64,000 bases of DNA from Acidimicrobiia bacterium (GCA_050741915.1 JBOGEX010000089.1:717-64716); one strand, 5' to 3'. Shown: positions 11,147-20,895, numbered from the stretch's first letter. The notes: a model not told the origin generated them from the letters alone. Program-made: numbers and translations.

Positions 11147-13125
11147 CAGATGCGAGCGACCTCTTGAACCTGGTAGGCCTCGATGGTGTCGCCCTCTTTG
11201 ACATCGTTGAAACCGGCGAGCCCGATGCCACATTCGAAACCAGAGGAAACGGCCCGCACGTCGTCCTTGAAGCGTCGCAACGACCCGATGACGCCGTCAA
11301 ACACCACCACTCCATCGCGCAGGAGCCGCGCCTTGGAGTTGCGGATCATCTCCCCTTCGGTGACATAACAACCGGCGATTGTTCCCAGGCGTGGCACTTT
11401 GAAGAGGGCACGAACTTCGGCGCTCCCTAGGACCACCTCCACCTCGTCAGGAGCGAGCCTCCCGACCAGCATTGCCTCCAACTCCTCGAGCAGTTCGTAG
11501 ATGATCCCGTAGGTGCGGATCTCTATCGCCTTCTCCTCGGCCAAACGACGGGTCTTGCCATCGGGGCGAACGTTGAAGCCGATGATCACTGCCTCCGTAA
11601 CCTCGGCCAGCTTGACATCGTTCTCGTTGATGCCACCGATGGCTCCGTGCATGATCTCGATCCGGCCACCTTCGCGCTTTATCTTTCCGAGCGACTCGCG
11701 CAAAGCCTCGAGGGAACCGTGGGCATCGGCTTTGAGGATCACCCGCAACTCGGCTTCCTCGGCCCGTAGCTGTTCGAGAAGGTTGGCGAGACGCTCTCGA
11801 GCAGTGGCAGGAGTGTTCAACGTCGCGTCGCGATCGGCGTCGGCGCGTTGCTGGGCCTTGGAGCGGGCCTCTCGTTCGTTCGCTAGTACCTCGAACGAAT
11901 CGCCTGCGGTGGGAATCTCGTCCCAACCCATGATCAGAACGGGAGCCGAAGGCTCTGCCTCCTTCTGACGATTGCCGCCCCAATCAAGCATCGCCCGTAC
12001 CCGTCCGGCTGTGCGTCCGGCGACGAAAGAATCGCCGGTGTGAAGCGTTCCCCTTTGCACGATCACCGTGGCCGTTGGTCCCATTCCCGGGTCGAGCTGA
12101 GACTCGATCACGACCCCGGAGGCGGCCGGCTTAGAGTTGGCACGAAAGTTTTCCAGCTGGGCAATGAGATCGATCAACTCCAGAAGATGATCGACGCCCT
12201 GTCCGGTGACCGCCGACACCTCGACCACCGGGATGTCGCCACCCAGGTCTTCGGTGATCACCTCATATTCGGTGAGCATGGTCCGGACCCGCAACGGATC
12301 TGCTTCGGGGAGATCGACCTTGTTGATCGCCACGATCATCTTGACCCCGGCGGCGCGGGTGTGGCTGATCGCTTCGACAGTTTGTGGCATGACCCCATCG
12401 TTGGCCGCCACCACTAAGACGACGATGTCGGTGATCTCCGCTCCGCGGGCCCGGAGGGCGGTGAAAGCCTCGTGCCCAGGCGTATCGATAAAGGTGATAG
12501 GACGGTCGCCGACCTGAACCTGGTACGCACCGATGTGTTGGGTGATGCCTCCCTGTTCGCCGGCGACGACGTTGCTCTTGCGGATGGTGTCGAGGAGCGT
12601 GGTCTTGCCGTGGTCGACGTGGCCCATGATGGTAACCACCGGGGGGCGCGGGCCCAGGTCAGATTCCAGGTCGTCGAAAGTAGGACGGGCCGTCACCTTC
12701 GGAGTGGGTGGAGGCAGGGCCTCGACCTCGACGATGGCGGCGAACTGCTCGGCGACCGATTCGAGATGCTCCAGAGGCATCGGCGCCCCCGCCCCGATTA
12801 GGACTCCCCGGCTCATCAGCGCCTTCACCAACTCGGCGGGCGACTCCCCCAACGCTTCGGCAACCTGGGTCACGGAGGGATTCGCTGGGACCGAGACCAG
12901 GCGCATCTCTAGTTGCGGCTGTGGCTCGGGTTCGGGCTCCTGCTCGGGTTCGGGCTCTGGGGCGTTGGCTTCGCCGATCGCCAGGCGAACGAGGTCGGCT
13001 TCAGTTTCTTCGATGCTGGAGGAGGCGGTCTTGGCTTTGATCCCCAACCCGTGTGCCTGATCGAGAATGTCTTTGGACTCAAGGCCCAGCTCGCGAGCGA
13101 GCTCGTAGATGCGGACCTTCGCCAC
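11146..13125 (-). CDS. infB: Translation initiation factor IF-2 (short N-terminal region)
   Basis: 659 aa; [13 protein letters not shown]-domain; N-terminus [14 protein letters not shown]; [16 protein letters not shown] linker. Confidence 0.95.
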   Translation of the reverse strand: MAKVRIYELARELGLESKDILDQAHGLGIKAKTASSSIEETEADLVRLAIGEANAPEPEPEQEPEPEPQPQLEMRLVSVPANPSVTQVAEALGESPAELVKALMSRGVLIGAGAPMPLEHLESVAEQFAAIVEVEALPPPTPKVTARPTFDDLESDLGPRPPVVTIMGHVDHGKTTLLDTIRKSNVVAGEQGGITQHIGAYQVQVGDRPITFIDTPGHEAFTALRARGAEITDIVVLVVAANDGVMPQTVEAISHTRAAGVKMIVAINKVDLPEADPLRVRTMLTEYEVITEDLGGDIPVVEVSAVTGQGVDHLLELIDLIAQLENFRANSKPAASGVVIESQLDPGMGPTATVIVQRGTLHTGDSFVAGRTAGRVRAMLDWGGNRQKEAEPSAPVLIMGWDEIPTAGDSFEVLANEREARSKAQQRADADRDATLNTPATARERLANLLEQLRAEEAELRVILKADAHGSLEALRESLGKIKREGGRIEIMHGAIGGINENDVKLAEVTEAVIIGFNVRPDGKTRRLAEEKAIEIRTYGIIYELLEELEAMLVGRLAPDEVEVVLGSAEVRALFKVPRLGTIAGCYVTEGEMIRNSKARLLRDGVVVFDGVIGSLRRFKDDVRAVSSGFECGIGLAGFNDVKEGDTIEAYQVQEVARI

Positions 13126-14292
13126 CTACTGGACCCTTTCTGCTGCCTCTGTGTCCTCGGCCCCCTCCTCGACTGGCTCGGTCTCCTCGGCCGACCCTGC
13201 GGCAGCCTTGGGTTGGCCGGCGGCCTCGGGTTGGGCGGCGGCCTCGGGTTGGGCGGCGGCCTCGGGTTGGGCGGCGGCCTCGGGTTCGGCCTCGCTGTCA
13301 TTTGTAGAGACCGGCTCCTCCACCATGGGACGGTCGGAGCGGATGTCGACCTTGTAGCCGGAAAGCCGGGCCGCGAGCCGGGCATTCTGCCCCTCTTTGC
13401 CGATGGCGAGGGAAAGCTGGTGATCACTGACGATCACTTCGGCCACCTTGGCTTCATCGTCGACTTTGACCTCTTTCACCTTGGCAGGCCCAAGCGCCTC
13501 GGCAATGAACTGGCTGGTGTTCTCCCGCCACTGCACGACGTCAACCTTCTCACCCCGAAGCTCGTTCACCACCTGACGAACACGGGATCCGCGCGCCCCG
13601 ACACACGCCCCCTTGGGGTCGACGTTGGAGTCATGGGAAACAACTGCGATCTTGGTGCGATGGCCCGGCTCACGGGCGATGGCCACGATTTCGACCGTTC
13701 CATCCGCCAGTTCGGGGACCTCGAGCTCGAGGAGCCGTCGTACCAGATCGGGGTGGCTGCGGCTGACAACGATTTGGGGCCCTTTGGTTTCGTTGCGAAC
13801 TTCGAGGATCAGCGCCTTGACCCGGTTGCCCCGATCGAGCCGCTCGTAAGGAATCCGTTCCGACCCAGGAAGGATGGCCTCGGCATCGCCCAAGTCGAGG
13901 ATCGTGAAGCGACCATCGACCTGCTGCACGATGGCCGTCACGAGGTCGCCTTCCCGGCCGGCATAGACATCGAAGACCTGCTCCCGCTTGGCATCGCGCA
14001 GCTTCTGCTGGATGACTTGCTTGGCGGTCTGGGCAGCAATTCGTCCGAAGTCAGCAGGGGTGTCTTCCCACTCCCGGGTAACGTTGCCGTCGTCGTCCAG
14101 CTCCTGGGCATAGACAGTGATGTCCCCATCGTCGGCATCGATGGTGACCCGCGCCTCTTCGGCAGCTCCTGGGCTCCGCTTGTAGGCGGAGACGAGAGCG
14201 TTGGCGATGGCATCGAGGATGGTGTCGACCGTGACGCCACGCTCGCGAGCGAGCAAGTCGAGGGCCTCCAGAACTGGAGCGTCGATCTTCAT
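13126..14292 (-). CDS. nusA: Transcription termination/antitermination factor NusA with a repeat-containing acidic C-terminal tail
   Basis: Start at ATG 14292 (MKIDAPVLEALDLLARERG...). S1/KH region recognisable. Stop abuts the infB start with no spacer. Confidence 0.9.
   Translation of the reverse strand: MKIDAPVLEALDLLARERGVTVDTILDAIANALVSAYKRSPGAAEEARVTIDADDGDITVYAQELDDDGNVTREWEDTPADFGRIAAQTAKQVIQQKLRDAKREQVFDVYAGREGDLVTAIVQQVDGRFTILDLGDAEAILPGSERIPYERLDRGNRVKALILEVRNETKGPQIVVSRSHPDLVRRLLELEVPELADGTVEIVAIAREPGHRTKIAVVSHDSNVDPKGACVGARGSRVRQVVNELRGEKVDVVQWRENTSQFIAEALGPAKVKEVKVDDEAKVAEVIVSDHQLSLAIGKEGQNARLAARLSGYKVDIRSDRPMVEEPVSTNDSEAEPEAAAQPEAAAQPEAAAQPEAAGQPKAAAGSAEETEPVEEGAEDTEAAERVQ
13219..13290 (-). 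repeat. 18-bp x4 in-frame tandem repeat (ggcggcctcgggttgggc; last copy has 1 mismatch) encoding (PEAAAQ)n in the NusA tail
   Basis: Counted directly; a fifth degenerate copy lies at 13201-13218. Confidence 0.85.
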
Positions 14293-14786
14293 GACGAACT
14301 CCGCGCCTTCTGCCCGGGCTTGGCCGGCTTCTCCCAAATGAAGACCGTCCGAGCGGACACCACCTCCGAAAGCACGATCGACACCGGACCTTGGTCGGTG
14401 GTAACGGTGAGATCGTCCTCACCGACTCGGGTTAGCGATCCCCGCCGGGTTCCGGCCTCGGTTTTTACGATGACCTCACGGCCCAGGGACTTTTGGAAAT
14501 GGCGAGGACGGGTCAGCATGCGCTCGAGGCCCGGTGAGGTCACCTCCAACTGATACGGACCAGCGAGATCGGAGCCCTCTTCCAGGTTGTCGAGCAAACG
14601 GGAGAGGCCTCGCGAAACCTCCGAAATGCGGTTCAAGTCGACTTTTTCGGTCTCGGAATCGATGACCACCCGCAGCGTCCGGGCGCGCCCGCGGCCAATC
14701 AGCTCGAGGTCATCGAGCTCGAGCCGCTCGGCGGCCAAATACGGCTCCACCGCATCCCAAACCGCCCGTAGCACCTGGCTTTCCAT
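14289..14786 (-). CDS. rimP: Ribosome maturation factor RimP
   Basis: Start at ATG 14786 (MESQVLRAVWDAVEPYLAAERLELDDLEL...); ATGA overlap with nusA. Confidence 0.85.
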   Translation of the reverse strand: MESQVLRAVWDAVEPYLAAERLELDDLELIGRGRARTLRVVIDSETEKVDLNRISEVSRGLSRLLDNLEEGSDLAGPYQLEVTSPGLERMLTRPRHFQKSLGREVIVKTEAGTRRGSLTRVGEDDLTVTTDQGPVSIVLSEVVSARTVFIWEKPAKPGQKARSSS

Positions 14787-14871
14787 CACCCGCACGACGT
14801 TCCTTTCACACAACAAAAAGGTGGGCAGGGCGCCCACCTCTCCTGAAAGCGTCCTTAACTTGGCTCCGGAA

Positions 14872-15957
14872 TTATAACGCTCGGTGGCTCCTTGCGAATT
14901 CCTCCATGAACTCGCTGAGAGCCGTGACTGAGTCCATCGGCAAAGCCGCGTAGAGGCTCGCCCGGCAGCCGCCGACGCTGCGATGACCCTTGAGGCCGAT
15001 CATGTGCCGTGCCTCGGCTTCCTTGAGGAAAAGACTCTCGAGGGATGGGTCGCCCAGGCGAAAGACCACGTTCGTGTGGGAGCGAACACTGCGCTCGACG
15101 GGGTTCTCGTAAAAACCCTCACTCCCATCGATTGTCTGATAAAGGCGCCTGGCTTTCTCCGCCGCTTGCTTTTCTGAGGCCCGCACTCCGCCGGCGGTGT
15201 GCATACGTCTCAGCACCTTTCCCATCAGATAGATCGGGAACATCGGGGGCGTATTGCCCAACGAGTTCATTTTGGCGTGCCAGTCATAACGCAGATATGA
15301 CCCGAGGTCCTGGCGCGCCTTTTCGAGCGCGCTCTGCCGGACGTAAACGACCGCCATCCCGGCGGGGGCAAGGTTCTTCTGCACTCCGCCATAGACCAGA
15401 TCGAAGAGATCCCAATCGATCGGTCGTGACAGGTAGTCGCTCGACATGTCGCCCACCAACGGGATGTCGGGTCGGGGGAAATCGACCATGCGAATCCCGC
15501 CGATGGTTTCGTTGGAGGTGACGTGGAGGTAGCGGGTCCCGGGCCTGATATCGGGTGTCTCCTCGGGCATGGTGGTGTAACCCGACTCCTTGCCATCCCA
15601 TGCTGCATAAACCTCACCGTGGGGTTGGGCGTCCTCGAGTGCTCGCGCCCCCCATGATCCGGACACCACATACGCCCCCATCTCCTGTGGCTGGAGAAGA
15701 TTGAGCGCCACCATGCCGAACTGCAGAGTGGCGCCACCTTGGACGAAGAGCACTTCGAACTCCTTCGGAGCCTCCGCTACCTCACGGGCCAACTGCAGGG
15801 CCTCGTCGTGAACCGCTTCGTACTCGGGGGATCGATGCGACATCTCGAGAATCGACATCCCGGTCCCGGCGAAGTCCAAGAACTCGGCCTTGGCTTCTTC
15901 GAGGACTTCGAGGGGAAGGGTGCAGGGACCGGCTCCGAAGTTGTGTGCTCTCATCAC
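14872..15957 (-). CDS. serC: Phosphoserine aminotransferase
   Basis: 361 aa; MMRAHNFGAGPCTLPLEVLEEAKAEF..., typical SerC N-terminus and length. Confidence 0.9.
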   Translation of the reverse strand: MMRAHNFGAGPCTLPLEVLEEAKAEFLDFAGTGMSILEMSHRSPEYEAVHDEALQLAREVAEAPKEFEVLFVQGGATLQFGMVALNLLQPQEMGAYVVSGSWGARALEDAQPHGEVYAAWDGKESGYTTMPEETPDIRPGTRYLHVTSNETIGGIRMVDFPRPDIPLVGDMSSDYLSRPIDWDLFDLVYGGVQKNLAPAGMAVVYVRQSALEKARQDLGSYLRYDWHAKMNSLGNTPPMFPIYLMGKVLRRMHTAGGVRASEKQAAEKARRLYQTIDGSEGFYENPVERSVRSHTNVVFRLGDPSLESLFLKEAEARHMIGLKGHRSVGGCRASLYAALPMDSVTALSEFMEEFARSHRAL

Positions 15958-15967
15958 CTATTTCTCT

Positions 15968-16016
15968 CGTTCTCTGGGCTGTAGACGTTGTTGGACAGCG
16001 TCTACAACCCTGGGTT
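15968..16016 (-). repeat. 49-nt hairpin element, copy A (inverted relative to copy B at 47055-47103)
   Basis: A 20-nt arm (cgttctctgggctgtagacg) and a 16-nt arm (tctacaaccctgggtt) are identical to the reverse complement of copy B. The central 13 nt differ. Confidence 0.8.
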
Positions 16017-16043
16017 GGAATAACTGCCATCATTCTGGCGCAA

Positions 16044-16859
16044 ATGCCGGAGCCGGCGACGTCGGTCGAAGTCATTCGAGTCGAAGAGGGCAGCCGGCCA
16101 GTCCGCGCCATCGATCGATTGGCGACAGAAGAGCCGATCGAGATTCGGCTCGAGGGGACGCCATTGGCCGTCTTGATGAGGACACCAGGCCAGGAGAAGG
16201 AGTTGATCCTCGGGTTCGCCATCACCGAAGGGATCGTGCTCTCGCCCGGCGAGGTGGACACCGTCCTCGATCTCGGAGACGGCGATCGCTACCGGTTGGT
16301 CCTGGCCGAGGGCGTCAAGGTCGACCCCGAGCAATTCCGCCGCAACGCCTACACCACTTCGAGCTGCGGGGTTTGTGGCAAGGCGTCGATCGACGCCGTC
16401 CGGATCGCCGCCCGACCGCTCCCCCGCGGGCCGCAGATCACCCTTGAGGGGCTTCTGGCGCTCCCCAAGCTTCTGGCCGAAGCGCAACCGACCTTCGCCG
16501 CCACCGGCGGCCTCCATGGCGCGGCCATCTTTTCTGGCGCCGGTGAGTTGCTGGCGGCCGCCGAGGATGTGGGACGTCACAACGCCACCGACAAGGCGAT
16601 CGGGAAACTGGCCCGCCACAGGTGGCCGCTCGGGGAAGTGACCCTGATGGTTTCGGGTCGGATCTCCTTCGAGATCGCTCAGAAGGCGGCCGTGGCCGGG
16701 ATCCCCGTAGTGGGCGGAGTCTCGGCGGCGTCTTCGCTGGCAGTAGACCTGGCCACGGAGGTGGGGATGACGCTGGCCGGGTTTGTCCGAGACCGCGGTC
16801 TCGTCATCTACTCGGGTAAGGAACGGCTAGGCGAGGAGTTCGGCCAGGCGATCCAGTAG
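16044..16859 (+). CDS. fdhD: Formate dehydrogenase accessory sulfurtransferase FdhD
   Basis: Start set to ATG 16044 (MPEPATSVEVIRVEEG...) so the gene does not read through the repeat. SSCGVCGKASID and EDVGRHNATDKAIG motifs. Confidence 0.85.
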   Translation: MPEPATSVEVIRVEEGSRPVRAIDRLATEEPIEIRLEGTPLAVLMRTPGQEKELILGFAITEGIVLSPGEVDTVLDLGDGDRYRLVLAEGVKVDPEQFRRNAYTTSSCGVCGKASIDAVRIAARPLPRGPQITLEGLLALPKLLAEAQPTFAATGGLHGAAIFSGAGELLAAAEDVGRHNATDKAIGKLARHRWPLGEVTLMVSGRISFEIAQKAAVAGIPVVGGVSAASSLAVDLATEVGMTLAGFVRDRGLVIYSGKERLGEEFGQAIQ

Positions 16860-18530
16860 CGAGGCCAGTTCGACCTCCTCCGTGGCGAGACCTCGGCGAG
16901 TGGTGAGCTCGGCTGTTCCGGCCGCGAGCCCCTTGGGACCGATAGTCACCCGCAAGGGAATCCCGATCAGCTCGGCATCGGCGAACTTGACCCCGGGCCG
17001 CTCGGAGCGGTCGTCGAGGATTACTTCGACCCCGCGCTTGACCAACACCTCGTAGAGAGCTTCGCCGGCGTCCATCGTGTCAGGATCGTCGACCCTGAGC
17101 ACCGTGACTACCACTTGATAGGGGGCCACCGAAGTTGGCCATACGATTCCCCGCTCATCGTGGTTGGCTTCCACCACAGCAGCCAGCGCCCGCTCGAGCC
17201 CGATGCCATAGGAACCCATCACAATGGGGAGAGATTGGCCATCCTCGTCTTGAACCAGAGCACCCATCACCTCTGAGTACATGGTCCCCAGCTTGAAGAT
17301 GTGGCCGACCTCGATACCCTTCCACACCTCGAGCGGTGAGCCGCAGCGGATACAGGGCTCGCCCGCCTTGGTGGTTCTCAAGCTCGCCCATTTGCCGACT
17401 TCGATGTCGCGGGCGACATCCACTCCCCGATAATGAAAGTCATCTTCATTGGCTCCGGTGACCAGATGAGTGCGACCCGAAAGCTCATTGTCGGCGATGA
17501 TCGGAAACCCGGTGACCGCGACCCCGCCCAGGCTTCCGGGATCGGCACCGAGTGCGGCCCTGATCTCTTCGGCTGTCGCCGGGCGCACATTGGTTGCCCC
17601 GGTGGCGTCGACCAGCTTCTGCTCCAGCAGCTCGTGATCACCTCGCACCAGGACGAGACTGAGGGCGCCGTCGAGGAGATAGACCAGAGTCTTGATCTGT
17701 CGATCGGGCGAGGCGACCTCGGGAAAGCCGGAGGCGAGGGCGGCGATGGTCTTGATCCCCGGCGTCGGGAACCGTTCGAGACTCGCCTTCTCGGCGGGAT
17801 CGGAAACGGGCGCTAAAGCCGACACGGCGCGTTCCAGGTTGGCTCGGTAGTCACAGTTGGAGCAGCTGACGATCCAGTCCTCTCCCGCCGGACTGCGGAC
17901 GATGAACTCGACGGACTTGCTTCCGCCCATCGCCCCTGAGGAAGCCTCGACGTCAATTGCATCTAGTCCCATCGCCCCGAACATGCGCCGGTAGGCGCCG
18001 TGATGAAGGTCGAAAGCAGTGTCGAGGCCGGCGGTGTCGATGTCGAGCGAGTACGAGTCCTTCATCGTGAACTCGCGCACCCGGAGAAGTCCGGCCTTGG
18101 GACGGGGCTCGTCTCGAAACTTGGTTTGGATCTGATACCAGATCTGAGGGAGGTCTCGATATGAGTGAACCTCGGTGGCGAGCTGGGCGAAGACCTCCTC
18201 ATGGGTCATGCCGAGCACGTTGTCGGCCCCCTTGCGATCGACCAAGCGGAACAGCTCGTCTCCCATGACCTCCCAACGACCCGAGCGTTTCCAGAGCTCG
18301 CCGGGATGGAGGGCGGGAAGATGAAACTGTTGACCGCCGATGGCGTCCATCTCCCGGCGGATGATTCCTCCGATCTTCGCGCGCACTTTCTGACCCAGTG
18401 GCAGCATCGAGTAATGGCCGGCCGACAGCGGGCGGACGAAACCCCCTCTGATGAGCAGCCGGTGAGAGGCGGCCTCGGCCTCCGTAGGGTCGTCGCGCAG
18501 CGTGGGAATGAACGCCTGGGACCAACGCAT
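16827..18530 (-). CDS. proS: Proline--tRNA ligase
   Basis: Start at ATG 18530 (MRWSQAFIPTLRDDPTEAEAASHRLLIRGGF...); the longer ORF would overlap ispG. Confidence 0.9.
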   Translation of the reverse strand: MRWSQAFIPTLRDDPTEAEAASHRLLIRGGFVRPLSAGHYSMLPLGQKVRAKIGGIIRREMDAIGGQQFHLPALHPGELWKRSGRWEVMGDELFRLVDRKGADNVLGMTHEEVFAQLATEVHSYRDLPQIWYQIQTKFRDEPRPKAGLLRVREFTMKDSYSLDIDTAGLDTAFDLHHGAYRRMFGAMGLDAIDVEASSGAMGGSKSVEFIVRSPAGEDWIVSCSNCDYRANLERAVSALAPVSDPAEKASLERFPTPGIKTIAALASGFPEVASPDRQIKTLVYLLDGALSLVLVRGDHELLEQKLVDATGATNVRPATAEEIRAALGADPGSLGGVAVTGFPIIADNELSGRTHLVTGANEDDFHYRGVDVARDIEVGKWASLRTTKAGEPCIRCGSPLEVWKGIEVGHIFKLGTMYSEVMGALVQDEDGQSLPIVMGSYGIGLERALAAVVEANHDERGIVWPTSVAPYQVVVTVLRVDDPDTMDAGEALYEVLVKRGVEVILDDRSERPGVKFADAELIGIPLRVTIGPKGLAAGTAELTTRRGLATEEVELASLLDRLAELLA

Positions 18531-18549
18531 CGCAGCGGGAGGGTACCGA

Positions 18550-19761
18550 TCAGTCGGGGTTGGCCGCGACCTCGCGAACTCTCCGGCGTTTGATCTCCAC
18601 CCGGTTGACATCGCCCTGAATCTGTAATAACTCCTCACGGGCGCCAGCGGCGATCGCCTCGGCGTCCTGGTCAGCAGCCGCCAACCGTGCTTCGATCCCC
18701 TCTTCGACCAACCGCTTTGCCTCCTCCACCAGGGCTTCAACCATCTGCGCCTCCGGCACGACCCTTACGACCTTGCCCTTCACGAAGAGGTGGCCCCGCC
18801 CGCGGCCGGCGGCGATGCCGAGGTCGGCTTCGCGGGCCTCGCCCGGGCCGTTGACTACGCATCCCATCACCGCCACCTGAATCGGAATCGACTCCGCCTC
18901 GAGTGCCTTCTGCGCCTCGCTGGCCACTCGGATCACGTCGACCTCGGCTCGCCCGCACGACGGACAGGCGATGAGGTCGAGCCCTTTCCGTTCCCGCAAG
19001 CCCAGATACTCGAGCAATTGTCTCCCGGCTTTGGCTTCGTCGATCGGATCGGCGGTGAGCGAGAAGCGAATCGTGTCGCCGATTCCTTCCAATAGGAGAG
19101 TGGAGATGCCGGCCACCGATTTGATCAGCCCACCGGGTGGCGGGCCCGCTTCCGTGACCCCGAGGTGGAGGGGATAGGTAACTGCCTCGGCCAGGAGTCG
19201 GTAGGAGTCGACCATCGAGGGAACGCTCGAATGCTTGACGGAAATCTTGATGTCGAAGAAATCAACCTCTTCGAGATAGCTGATCTCCTTCTGGGCCGAT
19301 TCCACCAGTGCTGGGGGCACGGCCGCCCCGTACTTCTTCAAGAGGTCCTTGTCGAGCGAGCCGGCGTTGACCCCGACTCTGATTGGCACGCCCCGGTCTT
19401 TCGCCTCGCGGGCTACCGTCTTGATGTGCTCAGGGTCGCGGATGTTGCCCGGGTTGAGCCGCAGCCCCTGAACGCCGGCTTCGAGTGCGGCCAGAGCCAG
19501 CCGGTACTGGAAATGGATGTCGGCGATGATCGGCACCGGCATCCGCGGCATCATCTCCGCCAGCCCCTGGGCCGCTTCGACGTCGTTGCATGTGATGCGA
19601 ACGATGTCGGCCCCTGCCCCCTTCAGTGCGTACACCTGTGCCAGGGTGCCGTCGACATCGGCGGTTTTCGTGGTGCACATCGACTGCACCGAGATGGGAG
19701 CGTCTCCCCCGACGGCAACGGGACCGACGTGGAGCTGACGGGACTTTCGGCGCGGGGTCAC
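18550..19761 (-). CDS. ispG: 4-hydroxy-3-methylbut-2-en-1-yl diphosphate synthase
   Basis: 403 aa; QSMCTTKTADVDGT and CPSCGR motifs. Confidence 0.95.
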   Translation of the reverse strand: MTPRRKSRQLHVGPVAVGGDAPISVQSMCTTKTADVDGTLAQVYALKGAGADIVRITCNDVEAAQGLAEMMPRMPVPIIADIHFQYRLALAALEAGVQGLRLNPGNIRDPEHIKTVAREAKDRGVPIRVGVNAGSLDKDLLKKYGAAVPPALVESAQKEISYLEEVDFFDIKISVKHSSVPSMVDSYRLLAEAVTYPLHLGVTEAGPPPGGLIKSVAGISTLLLEGIGDTIRFSLTADPIDEAKAGRQLLEYLGLRERKGLDLIACPSCGRAEVDVIRVASEAQKALEAESIPIQVAVMGCVVNGPGEAREADLGIAAGRGRGHLFVKGKVVRVVPEAQMVEALVEEAKRLVEEGIEARLAAADQDAEAIAAGAREELLQIQGDVNRVEIKRRRVREVAANPD

Positions 19762-19779
19762 GGGTCGACGCTCAATGAG

Positions 19780-20895
19780 CTAAAGATCGATCGGGTTGAC
19801 GAGGTCGAGAATGATCGCCACCAGTCCGAGGAAGCTGACCAGGGTGACGACCACCGCCGCCACCGGAATCAACACCCGGACATTGACCTGGCGGCGGGAG
19901 ATCTTCTCGTAGAGGGCCACCGCGAAATGGCCCCCGTCCAACGGGTAGAGCGGGAGAACGTTGAGGGTGGCGAGCATCACATTGACCGAAGCCAATAAGA
20001 AGAGAAACGGACCCCAGCCGAACTCGTCGACCTGGCTGCCGATATTGCCGACCCCGATCGGACTCACCGGGCGGATCTCGTCGGGGACATCGGTGTCGCC
20101 CACGAGGACTCGCGCCAGCACAGAGAGGGTGCCGGGCTGGACGATCCGTCCCAAGACTTGAAAAGTGATGTCGACACTGGACGCGAGCTGGCTCCCGGCG
20201 GTGCCGAGTGATTCCCAGAGCCCGAGCTCGCGTTCGACCACGCTCGGAGCCACGCCCAGAAAGCCGCTCGGTTTGCCCGTATCGGGATGAATTCGCGTGG
20301 CAAGGGTGGCGGAAATGTCGAGCTGGGAGCCATCGCGCTCGACGGTTACTACCACGTCTTCGCCGGGGCGGGAGGAGAGTTGGCGTCCCACGTCTGTCCA
20401 GTCAGGAGTGGGAACGCCATTGACCGCGACAACGGTGTCACCGGCCTCAAAGCCAGCGAGAGATGCCGGGGTTCGATCTCCGGTCTCGGGGAAAGTGGCT
20501 ACGACCTCCGAGAGGGTCGTCGAGAGCTGTGTAACCCCGTTAACCAAAAGCAGGCCGGCGAACATCACATATGCGATGAAGAAGTTCATCGTTACCCCCG
20601 CCAGCACGACCACGGATTTCTTCCAGAAGGCCTGTTCGCGATAGGTTCGACCGAGGTCGGCTTCGGCCACTTCCTCGACCGGGTTCATGCCTAGTACCCG
20701 CACATAACCCCCGAGGGGGATGGCTTTGATTCCATACTCGGTCTCGCCCCGCCGGAAAGACCAGATACGAGGCCCGAAGCCAAAGAAGAACTCTGTGGCT
20801 TTGATCCCAACCGCCTTGGCCGCGAGGAAATGACCTAGCTCGTGGGCGGTTACGAAGAAGACGATGGCGAGGACGCCGCCAATTGCTCCTAGCAA
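19780..20895 (-). CDS. Site-2 (M50, RseP/Rip1-like) zinc metalloprotease with PDZ domain
   Basis: HELGHFLAAK zinc motif, multi-TM, conserved position between dxr and ispG. Confidence 0.85.
   Translation of the reverse strand: MLGAIGGVLAIVFFVTAHELGHFLAAKAVGIKATEFFFGFGPRIWSFRRGETEYGIKAIPLGGYVRVLGMNPVEEVAEADLGRTYREQAFWKKSVVVLAGVTMNFFIAYVMFAGLLLVNGVTQLSTTLSEVVATFPETGDRTPASLAGFEAGDTVVAVNGVPTPDWTDVGRQLSSRPGEDVVVTVERDGSQLDISATLATRIHPDTGKPSGFLGVAPSVVERELGLWESLGTAGSQLASSVDITFQVLGRIVQPGTLSVLARVLVGDTDVPDEIRPVSPIGVGNIGSQVDEFGWGPFLFLLASVNVMLATLNVLPLYPLDGGHFAVALYEKISRRQVNVRVLIPVAAVVVTLVSFLGLVAIILDLVNPIDL

Noticed and set aside
13201-13290. Regularly spaced 18-bp repeats looked array-like on first pass. 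The same applies to 5051-5086.
   Set aside because: They are head-to-tail with no spacers and in frame within nusA and pnp. They are coding low-complexity repeats, not CRISPR.
12913-14553. 546-aa plus-strand ORF, the longest unannotated ORF in the track. Other long ORFs of this kind are 21151..22236, 50980..52014, 54362..55312, 55998..56903 and 58550..59836.
   Set aside because: All lie antisense to, or out of frame with, confidently identified genes (nusA/infB, dxr, deoB, etfB, vapBC region, ftsY). Their translations are Arg/Gly/Pro-rich with no recognisable motifs. This is the expected stop-poor artefact of high GC content.
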